A stretch of 64,000 bases of DNA from Planctomycetota bacterium (GTDB taxonomy: Bacteria; Planctomycetota; UBA8742; UBA2392): positions 4,058,761-4,122,760 of the forward strand of contig JADJRK010000001.1 in assembly GCA_016712285.1 (NCBI GenBank), written 5' to 3'. A model generated the notes under the pieces. The model was given only the letters and a program-made list of their open reading frames with translations. It did no database searches and was not told where the DNA came from. A program made the translations under genes and the position numbers. Below are positions 1-10,987 of this stretch, piece after piece; within the stretch, counting starts at the first letter, position 1; the number at the start of each line of letters is the position of its first letter.

Positions 1-363
1 CTCAACCGGCACGCCCAGCGGATGGTTCTGGCCCGCGATATTGGCCCTGTGCGCAAGTTTGCTGGCCACGCACCCAAAGCCGCGCAAACACGCAGCCGGC
101 TCAGAATGACATAGGCCCGCACAGTCGCGGCTCGCACAATGCGCTGACCGTCCGCCGAAGGAACAGCGGGGCATCTCGTACTCTGGCTGGCCAGTGGACG
201 CGAAACGCCGGCACGTTTACCCTCACGCGCCACGCTCGTGCAGGTGGTGAACTGGACCAGAACGCAGGGCATTGGAAGTGAATACAGGGTGGCAGATAGG
301 GTGAGCGGCAGTTTTTGTCTGGCACAGCAAATGCCGCCTGACATGCTTGAAATACGCCAGCGT

Positions 364-1577
<1,214 letters not shown>

Positions 1578-1619
1578 ACTATATAATGGCAGTATATATA
1601 ATGCAAGCGAATTTGCTGC

Positions 1620-2219
1620 TTACTTCTGCATCACCCAGGTCGCCATCGCTCGTGTGTTCTGAACGTTCACCGTCTTGATCGGCTCCAGCAGCGTCGCACT
1701 CAGGTCGGCTGTCAGGCGCAGCATGTCTTCCAGGCTGGTCGGCAGGATGTCCCACTGTGTGCCCGGCATGCGGTAGCGGCCGTCGCCCAGCGGCTTGGCG
1801 TGCTGCTCCATGCTTAGTGTCGTGGCAAGCCGCGCAAACCAGACGCCGCCCGGTGTGAGCACGCGCCAAGTTTCGCGCAACACGGCGTTGAACTCGTCGC
1901 GCGTACCCAACAAGTGCAGCAGCGCGTTGCAGATCACTCCCTGAAAATGGCTGTCGGGCCATGGCAACGCGGCCGCGCTGCCGTGAACGATGTTACCGAC
2001 GGGTGCGAGATTGGCCGCGATCAGTTTGCTGACGGCGCCTTCGTGGCTGTCGATCCCGTAGACTTCAAAGCCGTTGCGCGCAAACCATGCCAGGTTGCGT
2101 CCGCCGCCGCAGCCGACGTCGACGATCCGCGAGCCCTGCTTGAAGCGGCCCTTGAGCACCTGGTCCAACAGGTAGATATCCATGCCCGCAAGTTCGACGT
2201 TCAACGCATCTGCATCCAT
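1620..2219 (-). CDS. class I SAM-dependent methyltransferase
   Basis: VDVGCGGGRN motif I; start taken at internal Met (MDADALN) of the 215-aa ORF. Confidence 0.7.
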   Translation of the reverse strand: MDADALNVELAGMDIYLLDQVLKGRFKQGSRIVDVGCGGGRNLAWFARNGFEVYGIDSHEGAVSKLIAANLAPVGNIVHGSAAALPWPDSHFQGVICNALLHLLGTRDEFNAVLRETWRVLTPGGVWFARLATTLSMEQHAKPLGDGRYRMPGTQWDILPTSLEDMLRLTADLSATLLEPIKTVNVQNTRAMATWVMQK

Positions 2220-2269
2220 GGCGCCCTTTGTGCTATGTTCGCCGACGTCATACCCGCACAGGTACACCG

Positions 2270-3040
2270 ATGTCGACCATCATTCGCCACGAGCCAATGC
2301 TCGAAGCCACGCTGATCGAGCGCCGCAACCGCTTTCTGGCCGACGTGCGCCTCGAGGACGGCACGAAGCTGACCGCCATGTGTGCCAACACCGGCACGAT
2401 GAAAAGCTGCAACGAGCCAGGCCGGCTTGTGGTTCTGAGCGACAGCATGAACGCCGAGCGCAAGTACCGCCACACCTGGGAGTTGATTCACATGGGGCAA
2501 TGCTGGGTCAACGTCAACACCGGCATTCCCAACGGCACGGTCCGGCGATTGATTGACGCAGACGCCGTGCCCGAGTTGACAGGCTACGCGTTCATCCGCA
2601 ACGAAGTGAAGTACGGCAAAGACGGCAAGAGTCGTATTGACCTGCTGCTGACCGAGCAGGCGCCGCCCAAGAAGCGCAAGAAAGACCCCGACCCCGAGCC
2701 CCGCTGCAAGCCCGACGGGCGACCCGACTGCTATGTTGAGGTCAAGAATACTTCCATGCGCATCGACGACTTTTCTGCGTTTCCCGACGCCGTCACCGAG
2801 CGCGGCCAGAAACATTTGCGCGAACTGACCGCACTAGCCAAGAAGGGAGTTGGCGCGGCGATGTTCTATTTCTGCGGCCGCACCGACACACGCGCGTTTC
2901 GACCTGCCGACGAAATTGACCCCGAGTACGGCAAGCTGCTGCGCAAAGCTGCCAAGGCCGGCGTGCTGATTCTTCCGTACCAGGTCGAGTGCACGCCGCA
3001 GCACACGCGGCTGCTCAAGAAGCTGCCGGTGGAGTTGTAG
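2270..3040 (+). CDS. sfsA: sugar fermentation stimulation protein A (DNA-binding nuclease family)
   Basis: N-terminal RNRFLADV..CANTGTM, central RPDCYVEVKN, C-terminal FPDAVTERGQKHLREL are SfsA hallmarks; start at MSTIIRHEP. Confidence 0.88.
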   Translation: MSTIIRHEPMLEATLIERRNRFLADVRLEDGTKLTAMCANTGTMKSCNEPGRLVVLSDSMNAERKYRHTWELIHMGQCWVNVNTGIPNGTVRRLIDADAVPELTGYAFIRNEVKYGKDGKSRIDLLLTEQAPPKKRKKDPDPEPRCKPDGRPDCYVEVKNTSMRIDDFSAFPDAVTERGQKHLRELTALAKKGVGAAMFYFCGRTDTRAFRPADEIDPEYGKLLRKAAKAGVLILPYQVECTPQHTRLLKKLPVEL

Positions 3041-4805
3041 CGCGGCGCTTGCGCAGACTCAGAATCTGCGTTACTTCCGGCGCCTTGATCACCATGCTCA
3101 TGCCCGCGTAGACCACCATACCCGCCGCCACCGCCGCAAACACCGACAGCACGCGGCTTGCGCGCCCTATCAGCCCGAACTCGCCGTACAACGCGGCTTG
3201 GACGGCAAACGCGGCGACACCCATCAACGCCGCTAGCAGCAACGAGCGCACCAGCGAAACCGGGAATGAACGCAGGGCGCTGGGCGTGAACGGCTGCGCA
3301 AGTCGCTCGCTTACTTGCGGGATGGCCGCGGCGCGCATGCTTTCAAGGATGGTTCCCTTGAGTCTGCGCTTGAGCATCCAGACCAGCAGCACCAGATTCA
3401 CCGCGCCGGAAATGGCGGTGCCAAGCGCCAACCCGGCTTCAAGCAGCGGCGTCTGCAACAGGATGACGTTGGCCACGACGTTGACGATGACGGACAGCAG
3501 CGCGATGCGCGTCGGGGTCCGGTGGTCGCGCAGCGCGTAGAACGCTTTCGTCAGCAGGCTGATCACGCTGACAATCGGCAGGCTGATGCACAGCACGGCG
3601 ACAACCATTGCGCTGCGGCGCAGCATCTCGGCGTCGCTGTTCGGACCGCCGAACAGCAGGTGCGTGATCGGGTATGCAAGTGCAGCCAACCCAGCCGCGG
3701 CTGGAAACGCGATAAACGCAATCAAGCGCGCGCTGTTCAGCAGGCTGGCGGTCAGTTTCTCAAGCTGGTTGTCCGCGGCAAACCGCGACATCAGCGGGAA
3801 CATCGCGGTACCCAGCGCAACGCCGACCAGCCCGAGCGGAAACTGGAACAGGCGCGAGGCATACGAGTAACTGCTGACGGCGCCGTTGCCCTCAATCAGG
3901 AACTCGGCCAGCACCTGGTCAAGAAACGTGTTCACCTGAAACACAGCCAGCGCAAACAGCATCGGCGCCATGGCCTTGAACGTGTCGCGTACCCCCGGCT
4001 CAGACAGGGCCAGGCGCGGCCGGGCCAGCAGCTTCAGCTTTCCCAGCGATGGCAGCTGCACGGCCCACTGCATGACACCCGTGGCAAGCACGCCCAGCGC
4101 CATGATCATGACCGCGCGCTCCGTGTCTGCGCGCAAAGGCGTCAGCCAGATCAGCACCAGCACGACAATCCAGCCGATGTTGGCCAGTGCCGGCACCAGC
4201 GCCGGCACGCCAAAGCGGCTCCAGCAGTTCAACGTGCCGGTCTGCAGCGCCGCAAGGCAGATGAACACCACATAGGGCAGCAACACCGCCAGGTACTTTC
4301 GAAAGAGCTGGAACTTGCCGGGGTCGTCGAACCACGCCGGGTCCATCACGTACGTCAAGCCGACCACGATCAGCGTGATCGCCCCCAGCCCGAAGATCAG
4401 CACCGTTGAAAGCGTTCCCAGAAAGGTGCGCGTGGCAGCCAGGTCGCCCTTGAGGCGATAGCGAGTCAGAATCGGAATCGTCGCGCTGGAAAGTGCACCT
4501 TCGCCGAAGAGCTTGCGAAACAGGTTCGGCACCGTGAACGCCAGGAAAAAGGCGTCCATCTCGCGACTGAAGCCGAACAAGCCAGCCAGCATCACGTCAC
4601 GCGCAAGGCCGGTGATGCGGCTGACAAAGGTTGCGCCGGAAACGACAATCGCCGAGCCGATCACAGACCGGCCCGGCGATTCGAAACTGCCAGAGCGCCG
4701 ATCCTCTTCAATGCGCACGGATTCGGCGGCGATGTTGTCCGCGCTCAGCGCCAGTTCGGGCGCCGCGCTGCCTTCGACGTTTGGCTCAGGCGTGCCCCCG
4801 CTCAC
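3015..4805 (-). CDS. murJ: lipid II flippase MurJ (MviN)
   Basis: SRITGLARDVMLAGLFG...DAFFLAFTVPNLFRKLFGEGALS motif plus ~14 TM helices; GTG start chosen just after the stop of the upstream lipoprotein gene. Confidence 0.82.
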   Translation of the reverse strand: MSGGTPEPNVEGSAAPELALSADNIAAESVRIEEDRRSGSFESPGRSVIGSAIVVSGATFVSRITGLARDVMLAGLFGFSREMDAFFLAFTVPNLFRKLFGEGALSSATIPILTRYRLKGDLAATRTFLGTLSTVLIFGLGAITLIVVGLTYVMDPAWFDDPGKFQLFRKYLAVLLPYVVFICLAALQTGTLNCWSRFGVPALVPALANIGWIVVLVLIWLTPLRADTERAVMIMALGVLATGVMQWAVQLPSLGKLKLLARPRLALSEPGVRDTFKAMAPMLFALAVFQVNTFLDQVLAEFLIEGNGAVSSYSYASRLFQFPLGLVGVALGTAMFPLMSRFAADNQLEKLTASLLNSARLIAFIAFPAAAGLAALAYPITHLLFGGPNSDAEMLRRSAMVVAVLCISLPIVSVISLLTKAFYALRDHRTPTRIALLSVIVNVVANVILLQTPLLEAGLALGTAISGAVNLVLLVWMLKRRLKGTILESMRAAAIPQVSERLAQPFTPSALRSFPVSLVRSLLLAALMGVAAFAVQAALYGEFGLIGRASRVLSVFAAVAAGMVVYAGMSMVIKAPEVTQILSLRKRRATTPPAAS

Positions 4806-4806
4806 G

Positions 4807-5604
4807 CTACTCCTGCGCGCCGTACTTTTTCTGAAGCTGCGCGCGAATCTCGGCGACGTAGGCCTTCGCGATGTCCTGCAGCGGTTTGCCCTCAGCGCCA
4901 TTCACACGCACGCTGACTTTCACGCGCACGCTTTCGCCTTCGGTGCGGTCGAACACGCTGACGCGCACTTCCTGCGTTTCCTTCTCGAGGGCATTCTTCT
5001 TTTTGCCGCGCAGGTAGCCCTTTTCGGGCTCGCTCTGGTCAACCTCGCCGTACTGTTTCACTACCGCCTGCGCAACCTCAAACGCCTGGGCGCGGTTCAC
5101 GCGAAAGAAGGCAATCGCCTCGTCGGCCGCCACGGGGTCTTCCGACGTCGTATCCACGGTCGGCTTTTCGTCGACGTCTTCGCCCTTCCATGCCTTGAGC
5201 ACACGGAACACCGCGTTGCAGTACTCGCGCGCGTCGTCGGGCCGCTCGCGGTCATTCGCGTTGCGGGCGTACCAGCAGTGCACGATCAGGCGCGAGCGTA
5301 ACTCTTCGGGCGAACTCTTGTCATACACCTTGCCCTTGACGTTGATGCCGTCGCGCTGGTTGGCGTCGTGCGGCTTGTAGATGCCCTCGAGCTCCATGTT
5401 GTCGCTGTCTTCCCAGGTGATTTCGCCGTTGTCGCGCATCACCAGGCGAAAGGCCTCCCACGTGTCGCGGGTAGTGTCGTTGTAGTCATGGCGCCAGCCG
5501 TCGTGGCCCTCGGGCGTGCCGGTGAAGTGAAAGAACTCGGCGGCGTCGCGGCAACTCGACAGGCAAATCAGCAACAGCGGCAGTACCAGCAGTGTCTTTT
5601 TCAT
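4807..5604 (-). CDS. hypothetical lipoprotein
   Basis: Signal peptide with lipobox LICLSSC; acidic soluble domain. Confidence 0.6.
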   Translation of the reverse strand: MKKTLLVLPLLLICLSSCRDAAEFFHFTGTPEGHDGWRHDYNDTTRDTWEAFRLVMRDNGEITWEDSDNMELEGIYKPHDANQRDGINVKGKVYDKSSPEELRSRLIVHCWYARNANDRERPDDAREYCNAVFRVLKAWKGEDVDEKPTVDTTSEDPVAADEAIAFFRVNRAQAFEVAQAVVKQYGEVDQSEPEKGYLRGKKKNALEKETQEVRVSVFDRTEGESVRVKVSVRVNGAEGKPLQDIAKAYVAEIRAQLQKKYGAQE

Positions 5605-5625
5605 TGGTCTCTCGTCAGGACTACT

Positions 5626-6174
5626 TCAGGACTTCTTCCAGGGAATGTCGTCAACGCCCGCGCGTTTGTTGGCGGCACGGGCGACTGTGAACAGCCAATC
5701 CGACAAACGGTTCAGGTACTTCACCGCCGGCGCCAGTCGTGGCGCGTCTTTGGTGCGGGCCGCGCGCAGGCCGCTGACTTCGCGCTCGGCGCGGCGGCAA
5801 ACCGTGCGGGCGAGATGCAGGCGCGATGCAAGTTCGCTGCCACCGGGCAGGATGAAGTTGCGCAGCGGCGCCAGCTCAGCGTCCAGGCGGTCAATCTCGC
5901 TTTCCAGCGGCGTGATGTGAGACTCGCTGATGCTGTCGCCGGACTTGCCGTCGCCCGAAGCCAGCATCGCGCCAAGCGTGAACAGCTCGTTCTGGCGGGC
6001 CGTGAGCAGCCGGCACAACTCATCATCGCCGCCCGCGGAAATTGCCATTCCGATCACCGAGTTCAGCTCATCGACGGTACCATACGCGCTCACGCGCGGG
6101 TCGTGCTTGGGCACGCGCTGGCCGCCAAAAAGGCCCGTTGAGCCATCATCCCCGGTCTTGGTATAGATCTTCAT
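5626..6174 (-). CDS. cob(I)yrinic acid a,c-diamide adenosyltransferase, PduO type
   Basis: MKIYTKTGDDGSTGL...RVSAYGTVDELNS N-terminus typical of PduO/MMAB adenosyltransferases; the 5' extension of the 361-aa ORF is rejected. Confidence 0.8.
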   Translation of the reverse strand: MKIYTKTGDDGSTGLFGGQRVPKHDPRVSAYGTVDELNSVIGMAISAGGDDELCRLLTARQNELFTLGAMLASGDGKSGDSISESHITPLESEIDRLDAELAPLRNFILPGGSELASRLHLARTVCRRAEREVSGLRAARTKDAPRLAPAVKYLNRLSDWLFTVARAANKRAGVDDIPWKKS

Positions 6175-6216
6175 CGGGCGCAGAGTGTAGCAGTTGACGC
6201 AACCCGGAATAAGCCT

Positions 6217-6969
6217 GTGGAGAGCCCAGTGCACAAAATCGATACACGCATCCAGGCCGCCCTGGTGACCGGCAGCGCCAGGCGCACCGGCCGCGAGCTG
6301 GCACTTTGGCTTGCGCGGCAGGGCGTCAAGGTCGCGGTTCACTATCGCGACTCTAAGGAAGAGGCGCAGGCGACGCTTGCCGAATGCAACACCCTGGCGC
6401 CCGGCTGCGTGCTGGTGCAGGGCGACCTGCGCGACCCCGACCAGGCCGCGCGCGTCGTTGAAACGGCCGCCAAGGGTCTCGGCAGCCTGCACGTGCTCGT
6501 GAACAACGTGGGCAACTACCTGCGCAAAGACCTGTTCGAACTCACGCCGGACGAGTGGCGCGACCAGCTTGAAAGCAACCTGTACACCGCATGGTGGTGC
6601 ATGCGCGCCGCGGCCCCGGCCATGAGAGATCGCGGTTTCGGCCGCATCGTCAACGTCGGCTATGCCGCGGGCGAACGCAGCACCTACAACCGGCTCACGG
6701 TCCCGTACCACATTGCCAAGACCGGTTTGGCGACACTCACGCGCAGCGCCGCCGCCTCGCTGGCAAAGTCAGGCGTGACGGTGAACACGATCGGCGTCGG
6801 GATTCTGTCGAACAGCGTGGTCAAGCCCGTGAACCCGCCGGCTGGGCGCTTTGCCGAGTACGCCGACCTGTGCAACGCGCTGGCGTTCTTCCTTGCCACC
6901 GAAAGCGACCACGTCAGCGGCACACAACTGGATGTGAGCGGCGGCTGGATCCCAGAGCAGATTCTGTAG
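6217..6969 (+). CDS. SDR family oxidoreductase
   Basis: TGSARRTG Rossmann motif, NNVG, catalytic YHIAK. Confidence 0.8.
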   Translation: MESPVHKIDTRIQAALVTGSARRTGRELALWLARQGVKVAVHYRDSKEEAQATLAECNTLAPGCVLVQGDLRDPDQAARVVETAAKGLGSLHVLVNNVGNYLRKDLFELTPDEWRDQLESNLYTAWWCMRAAAPAMRDRGFGRIVNVGYAAGERSTYNRLTVPYHIAKTGLATLTRSAAASLAKSGVTVNTIGVGILSNSVVKPVNPPAGRFAEYADLCNALAFFLATESDHVSGTQLDVSGGWIPEQIL

Positions 6970-6993
6970 TCGCAGCGCGACCCTCGGTGCACG

Positions 6994-7785
6994 CTATTGG
7001 GCCCACTTGGGTTTGCGCTTTTCCAGAAATGCACCGATGCCTTCTTTGCATTCGTCGGTGCTGCGGGCCATCGCGTTCATGTCGCTCGCCCACACCAGCG
7101 CTTCTTCTGTGCCCATTTCGTGAAGCCGCCAGAACATGCGCTTGACCGTGGCCATCGCCTGCGGCGCGTTGCCGTGCAGCATCTTGGCCATCGCGTGAAT
7201 CGTGGCGTCGAGGTCGGCTTGCACGACCACTTTCGTGACAAGTCCGAGCCGGTGGGCCTCGTCCGCGTCAATCGTGCGCGCCGACAGGCACAGGTCGCGT
7301 GCGTTGCGTTCGCCAATCTGGTGGGTCAGCAGCACCATGACAATCGCCGGGATGAAGCCAATCTTCACCTCCGGGTAGCCGAAGGTCGCCTCACGCGTGG
7401 CCACCACGAAGTCGCAGCAGGTTGCGAGGCCGCAGCCGCCGGCCAGCGCAGCGCCATGCACCACGGCGATGGTCGGCTTGGGAAATGAGTACAGCTTGAC
7501 GAAGAAGTCGCGCAGCTTGTGCGAATTCTTCTGGTTGTCGTGCACAGTGGCCGTTTGCAGCCCCTGGATCTCTGCCAAGTCGGCGCCGGCGCAGAACACG
7601 GGCCCATTGCCGCGGATGAACACGCTGCGAATCGCGTCGTTGTGGCGCAGGCCATCCAGCTCGGTGCTCAGCACGTCCACGAGCTCGCCGCTCAGCGCGT
7701 TGCGCTTGTCAGGCCGGTTCAGGCGTATCGTGGCGGCGCCCAGCTCGTCATCGACTTCAATCTTGATTGCGTCAAAACCGCTCAT
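6994..7785 (-). CDS. enoyl-CoA hydratase/isomerase (crotonase family)
   Basis: RPDKRNAL...FCAGADL crotonase fold motifs. Confidence 0.85.
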   Translation of the reverse strand: MSGFDAIKIEVDDELGAATIRLNRPDKRNALSGELVDVLSTELDGLRHNDAIRSVFIRGNGPVFCAGADLAEIQGLQTATVHDNQKNSHKLRDFFVKLYSFPKPTIAVVHGAALAGGCGLATCCDFVVATREATFGYPEVKIGFIPAIVMVLLTHQIGERNARDLCLSARTIDADEAHRLGLVTKVVVQADLDATIHAMAKMLHGNAPQAMATVKRMFWRLHEMGTEEALVWASDMNAMARSTDECKEGIGAFLEKRKPKWAQ

Positions 7786-8696
7786 GCCGGCACTCCGTTT
7801 CCGTTCGCGCTGAACTTGCGCGAAAGCTCCTGCGCCTCTGCCGCGCAGTCCAGCAGTCTATCGACCGAGTAAGGCGTGTCGTGCCCCAACCGCTTCAATA
7901 ACGGAATCAACTGCAGCGTGTCCATGTTGCCCACCAGCTCATCCTCGGCAAACGGGCACCCGCCGATGCCGCCAATGGCGCTGTCGAACAGCCGGCACCC
8001 GGCATCCAGCGCGCTTTGCACTTTCGCCTGCATCGTGGCAGGCGTTGCGTGCAGGTGCACGCCCAGTTGCACACCGGGCACGGCGGCCCTGACCGCGGCA
8101 AAGGTCTCGCCGACTTGTGGCGCGGTCGCCACGCCCACAGTGTCGGCCAGTTGCACGGTCACGGCGCCCAGGTCAACGGCACGGCGCGCAAACTCGATCA
8201 CGCGTTTCGCCTCGTGGTGCTCGCCGTAGGGGTTGCCGAACGCCATGCTCAGGTACACGACCAGCTCGATCTTCTGTGACCGGCACAGCTCGCTCATCGC
8301 CGTCAGCTCGGCCCACGCTTCGTCGAGGCCCTTGTTGGTGTTGCGCTGCTGGAACGTCTCGTTGACGCTCATCGGAAACCCGGCTGCATGAATGCGCCGG
8401 CCGCCGACATGGCCGAACTTGTGATTCGCGGCCACAATGCCCTCAACGCCGCGCAGGTTGGCCACAATCGCGATCAGGTACAGGCCCGGCGCGGTCTTCA
8501 TGTTCTCGAACACGACCGCGGTGTCCGCCATCTGGGGCACCGCTTTGGGGCTGACGAAACTGCCAAAGTCGATGCGCCGCACGCCCGCCTGGATCAAGCG
8601 GTTCATGTAGGCGATCTTGCGGTCGGTCGGAATGAACTTGGGCAAGCCTTGAAAGGCGTCGCGCGGGCATTCCGTGAGCGTAATCATGTCGGCCAT
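7782..8696 (-). CDS. hydroxymethylglutaryl-CoA lyase family protein
   Basis: TECPRDAFQG (DRE-TIM motif), HLHAT metal motif; 4-nt overlap with the enoyl-CoA hydratase gene; start at MADMITL. Confidence 0.75.
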   Translation of the reverse strand: MADMITLTECPRDAFQGLPKFIPTDRKIAYMNRLIQAGVRRIDFGSFVSPKAVPQMADTAVVFENMKTAPGLYLIAIVANLRGVEGIVAANHKFGHVGGRRIHAAGFPMSVNETFQQRNTNKGLDEAWAELTAMSELCRSQKIELVVYLSMAFGNPYGEHHEAKRVIEFARRAVDLGAVTVQLADTVGVATAPQVGETFAAVRAAVPGVQLGVHLHATPATMQAKVQSALDAGCRLFDSAIGGIGGCPFAEDELVGNMDTLQLIPLLKRLGHDTPYSVDRLLDCAAEAQELSRKFSANGNGVPA

Positions 8697-8771
8697 TGTC
8701 AGAGCATACGGCAAGTCAAGGCACGCAGGCAACCCGTTCCCATGGGCATGCGCTTTCGGCACAATACAAAC

Positions 8772-9077
8772 ATGGCCAACGACAACTTTTCATCCCTGCT
8801 CAGCAGCACGCTGGTGATGGAGATCGACGCCTTCATCCATCGCAACGGCGGCGATTATGCTGCATGGGTGGTCGGCATGACCGCTGATGCCGACACCGCG
8901 CTCAAGGCCCATGGCGTAGATCGGGCCAAGCACAAGGTCTTCACGCTCAACGCGCTGACCGACAAGCGCGCCGGTTCCGTGGTTGGCTACTTCGCCGCAA
9001 AGGGTTGCGTCGCCGGCCGCGAAGAAGATTCCGGCTTTCTTTACTGCTACCGGCGCGCGTTCAACACCACTCCCTGA
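8772..9077 (+). CDS. hypothetical small protein
   Basis: 101-aa ORF with protein-like composition; antisense alternative looks like junk; divergent from the lyase operon. Confidence 0.4.
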   Translation: MANDNFSSLLSSTLVMEIDAFIHRNGGDYAAWVVGMTADADTALKAHGVDRAKHKVFTLNALTDKRAGSVVGYFAAKGCVAGREEDSGFLYCYRRAFNTTP

Positions 9078-9155
9078 GCAATTCTTCAACGAATCCGGCG
9101 CCCGCGCGTTCCATGGTTGTCGTTTCTCAACCAAAACGCCCGCCGGAGATTCCCC

Positions 9156-10472
9156 ATGTCGCCACGCATTGCATTGCCTGTCCTGCTGCTCCTCTGCGCC
9201 ACCGGCCTGAGCGCCCAACGCTGGAGCCAGCCGAAATCAAACGTCACGGGCGAGGCCTGCCCCGAGCTGCTGCTCGAAGAAGAAATGGTGCAGGGCCCCA
9301 AGCTGACCCAGGACGACTTCGACGGCAAAGTCGTCTTCTTCATGTTCTATCGCCGCGACTGCCAGGGCTGCGAGACCATCGCCATGCCGCGGCTGCAAAA
9401 GCTGTGGGAGCGTTACAAAGACAGCAAGTGCGTGCTGGTGCTGGCGATCAACACGGCGTTTGACAAAGAAACCTACCCCTACCTCGCCGATGTCGAACAG
9501 ACGCGCGAGCACCTGAAACGCATGCGCTGGGAAATGCCCGTCGCGCGCGACTTTGACGAACTTTCGTATGAGCTGTTCGAACTCGACGAAGAGGTCGGCA
9601 CCCCGCAAGCCGTCATCGTTGACCAGCACGGCACCGTGCGCGACCACGACTGGTACTCAGCCGAGCCGGAATGGGAACACCTTGAGGCGACCTTTGAACG
9701 CCTCTCGGCAAACCTGAACTGTGACTGCCACGTCAAGCCGCGCGAAGTCACGCGCGCCTGCCGCGGCTCGTTCGACGCCTTCGAAGAGGGCGACTACACC
9801 AAGGCGTGGGACGAAGCCGACGCCGTGGACAAGTCGCTGGTGTCAGGCGACGACGACCGCAAAGACGCCAAGTACATGAAAGAGTTCGTAGAAAACCTGG
9901 CGCGCAAGAAGATGCAGCGCATCGAGCATAACTTCTACTACGACCCGATAGATGCCTTGGATCGCGCCAAGCCGGTGCTCGACAAGTTCAAGGGCGTGCC
10001 CGGCGTAAGCAAGTTCAGCGCCCGCATCGAAGAATGGGCAAAGTCCGGCATGTTGGAGGATTTCGTCAAGGCCCGCGACGAGCTGGAGAAGATTGACTCA
10101 GAGTTCGGCGAGATCACGAAAAAGGGCGGCGTCACAGACGACGCCAAGGCGCAGTACCTCAAGAAGCTCGAGGGCATTGCCGAAAAATCAGGCAACAACG
10201 CGATCGGCGCCCGGGCCCGTAACCGCATCGGCACCGTCAGCGGCAAGGCACAGCCGGCGCTGACACGCGGCAACAGGGGCGGCGGCGACACAGCCAAGGC
10301 AGGCCCAACCCGCAATTCCGGAAGCGCCAAGCCCGGCGCCGACAGCGGCAGCAAGAGCCGCGTAGGCTCGTCCGGATCAAGCAAGCCGGAAACCCGCAAC
10401 GCCACGCCCCGCGCCAAGACCGACATGCGAGCCACCCGCAGCTCCCGCAGCAAAGTAAAGTCAGGCGGCTAA
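9156..10472 (+). CDS. secreted thioredoxin-like (TlpA/AhpC-TSA-like) domain protein with long low-complexity tail
   Basis: Signal peptide MSPRIALPVLLLLCATGLSAQ; CQGC redox motif in FDGKVVFFMFYRRDCQGCE; Ser/Gly/Lys-rich C-terminus. Confidence 0.65.
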   Translation: MSPRIALPVLLLLCATGLSAQRWSQPKSNVTGEACPELLLEEEMVQGPKLTQDDFDGKVVFFMFYRRDCQGCETIAMPRLQKLWERYKDSKCVLVLAINTAFDKETYPYLADVEQTREHLKRMRWEMPVARDFDELSYELFELDEEVGTPQAVIVDQHGTVRDHDWYSAEPEWEHLEATFERLSANLNCDCHVKPREVTRACRGSFDAFEEGDYTKAWDEADAVDKSLVSGDDDRKDAKYMKEFVENLARKKMQRIEHNFYYDPIDALDRAKPVLDKFKGVPGVSKFSARIEEWAKSGMLEDFVKARDELEKIDSEFGEITKKGGVTDDAKAQYLKKLEGIAEKSGNNAIGARARNRIGTVSGKAQPALTRGNRGGGDTAKAGPTRNSGSAKPGADSGSKSRVGSSGSSKPETRNATPRAKTDMRATRSSRSKVKSGG

Positions 10473-10657
10473 CCGCCCCGCAAGAGTGAACGCCAGACCA
10501 GCGATCAACAAAGCCGTCCGGCCCCGCGCGCAAACGCGGGGCCGAACTGCGCTTCCCAATACTCGCGTCGGACAGCCGAGGCCACGGCCGAGAATGCAGC
10601 CTTTCGCCGGTTGCCAATTCGCCTACGTTGCCGGTGGTCAGAAGCGCGGCGCTCAAG

Positions 10658-10849
10658 TCAAGAAACACGGTTTCGGTGTGGGGCGCCCATGCAGGCGAAC
10701 CACAAGGGGGACAGGCACCTCCGCTGCGCTGCGGTGCCAGTCCCGGGGCCCGCCTGGTCCTCGTGGCGGAATCGGTGGACCGTGGTTACGCCGTTGGTGG
10801 CCAGCTCGTGCACCAGTGAAGCCATGCCCTTGCCGTAGATGTACTGCAC
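10658..10849 (-). CDS. paralogous module ORF copy 1 (GSVQYIYGKGMASLVHELATNGVTTVHRFRHEDQAG...), orphan, start uncertain
   Basis: Minus-frame peptide conserved with copies 2 and 3; substitutions between copies are mostly synonymous or conservative in this frame; stop at 10658. Confidence 0.4.
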   Translation of the reverse strand: MQYIYGKGMASLVHELATNGVTTVHRFRHEDQAGPGTGTAAQRRCLSPLWFACMGAPHRNRVS

Positions 10850-10900
10850 CGAGCCCGTCTCGGTGTCCTCATCATCATAACGGATTTCGCCGGCCTTGGA
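10690..10900 (-). repeat. ~200-bp repeat family copy 1
   Basis: ~90% nucleotide identity to 12300-12553 and 13390-13628. Confidence 0.8.
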
Positions 10901-10987
10901 TCACTGTCATCACCGCCCCGGAAGTCATCGGACCTTGCAAAGAGGGCATTCTCGGAAAGGCCAGAGAAGTGCCCTGTTGATTCAGAT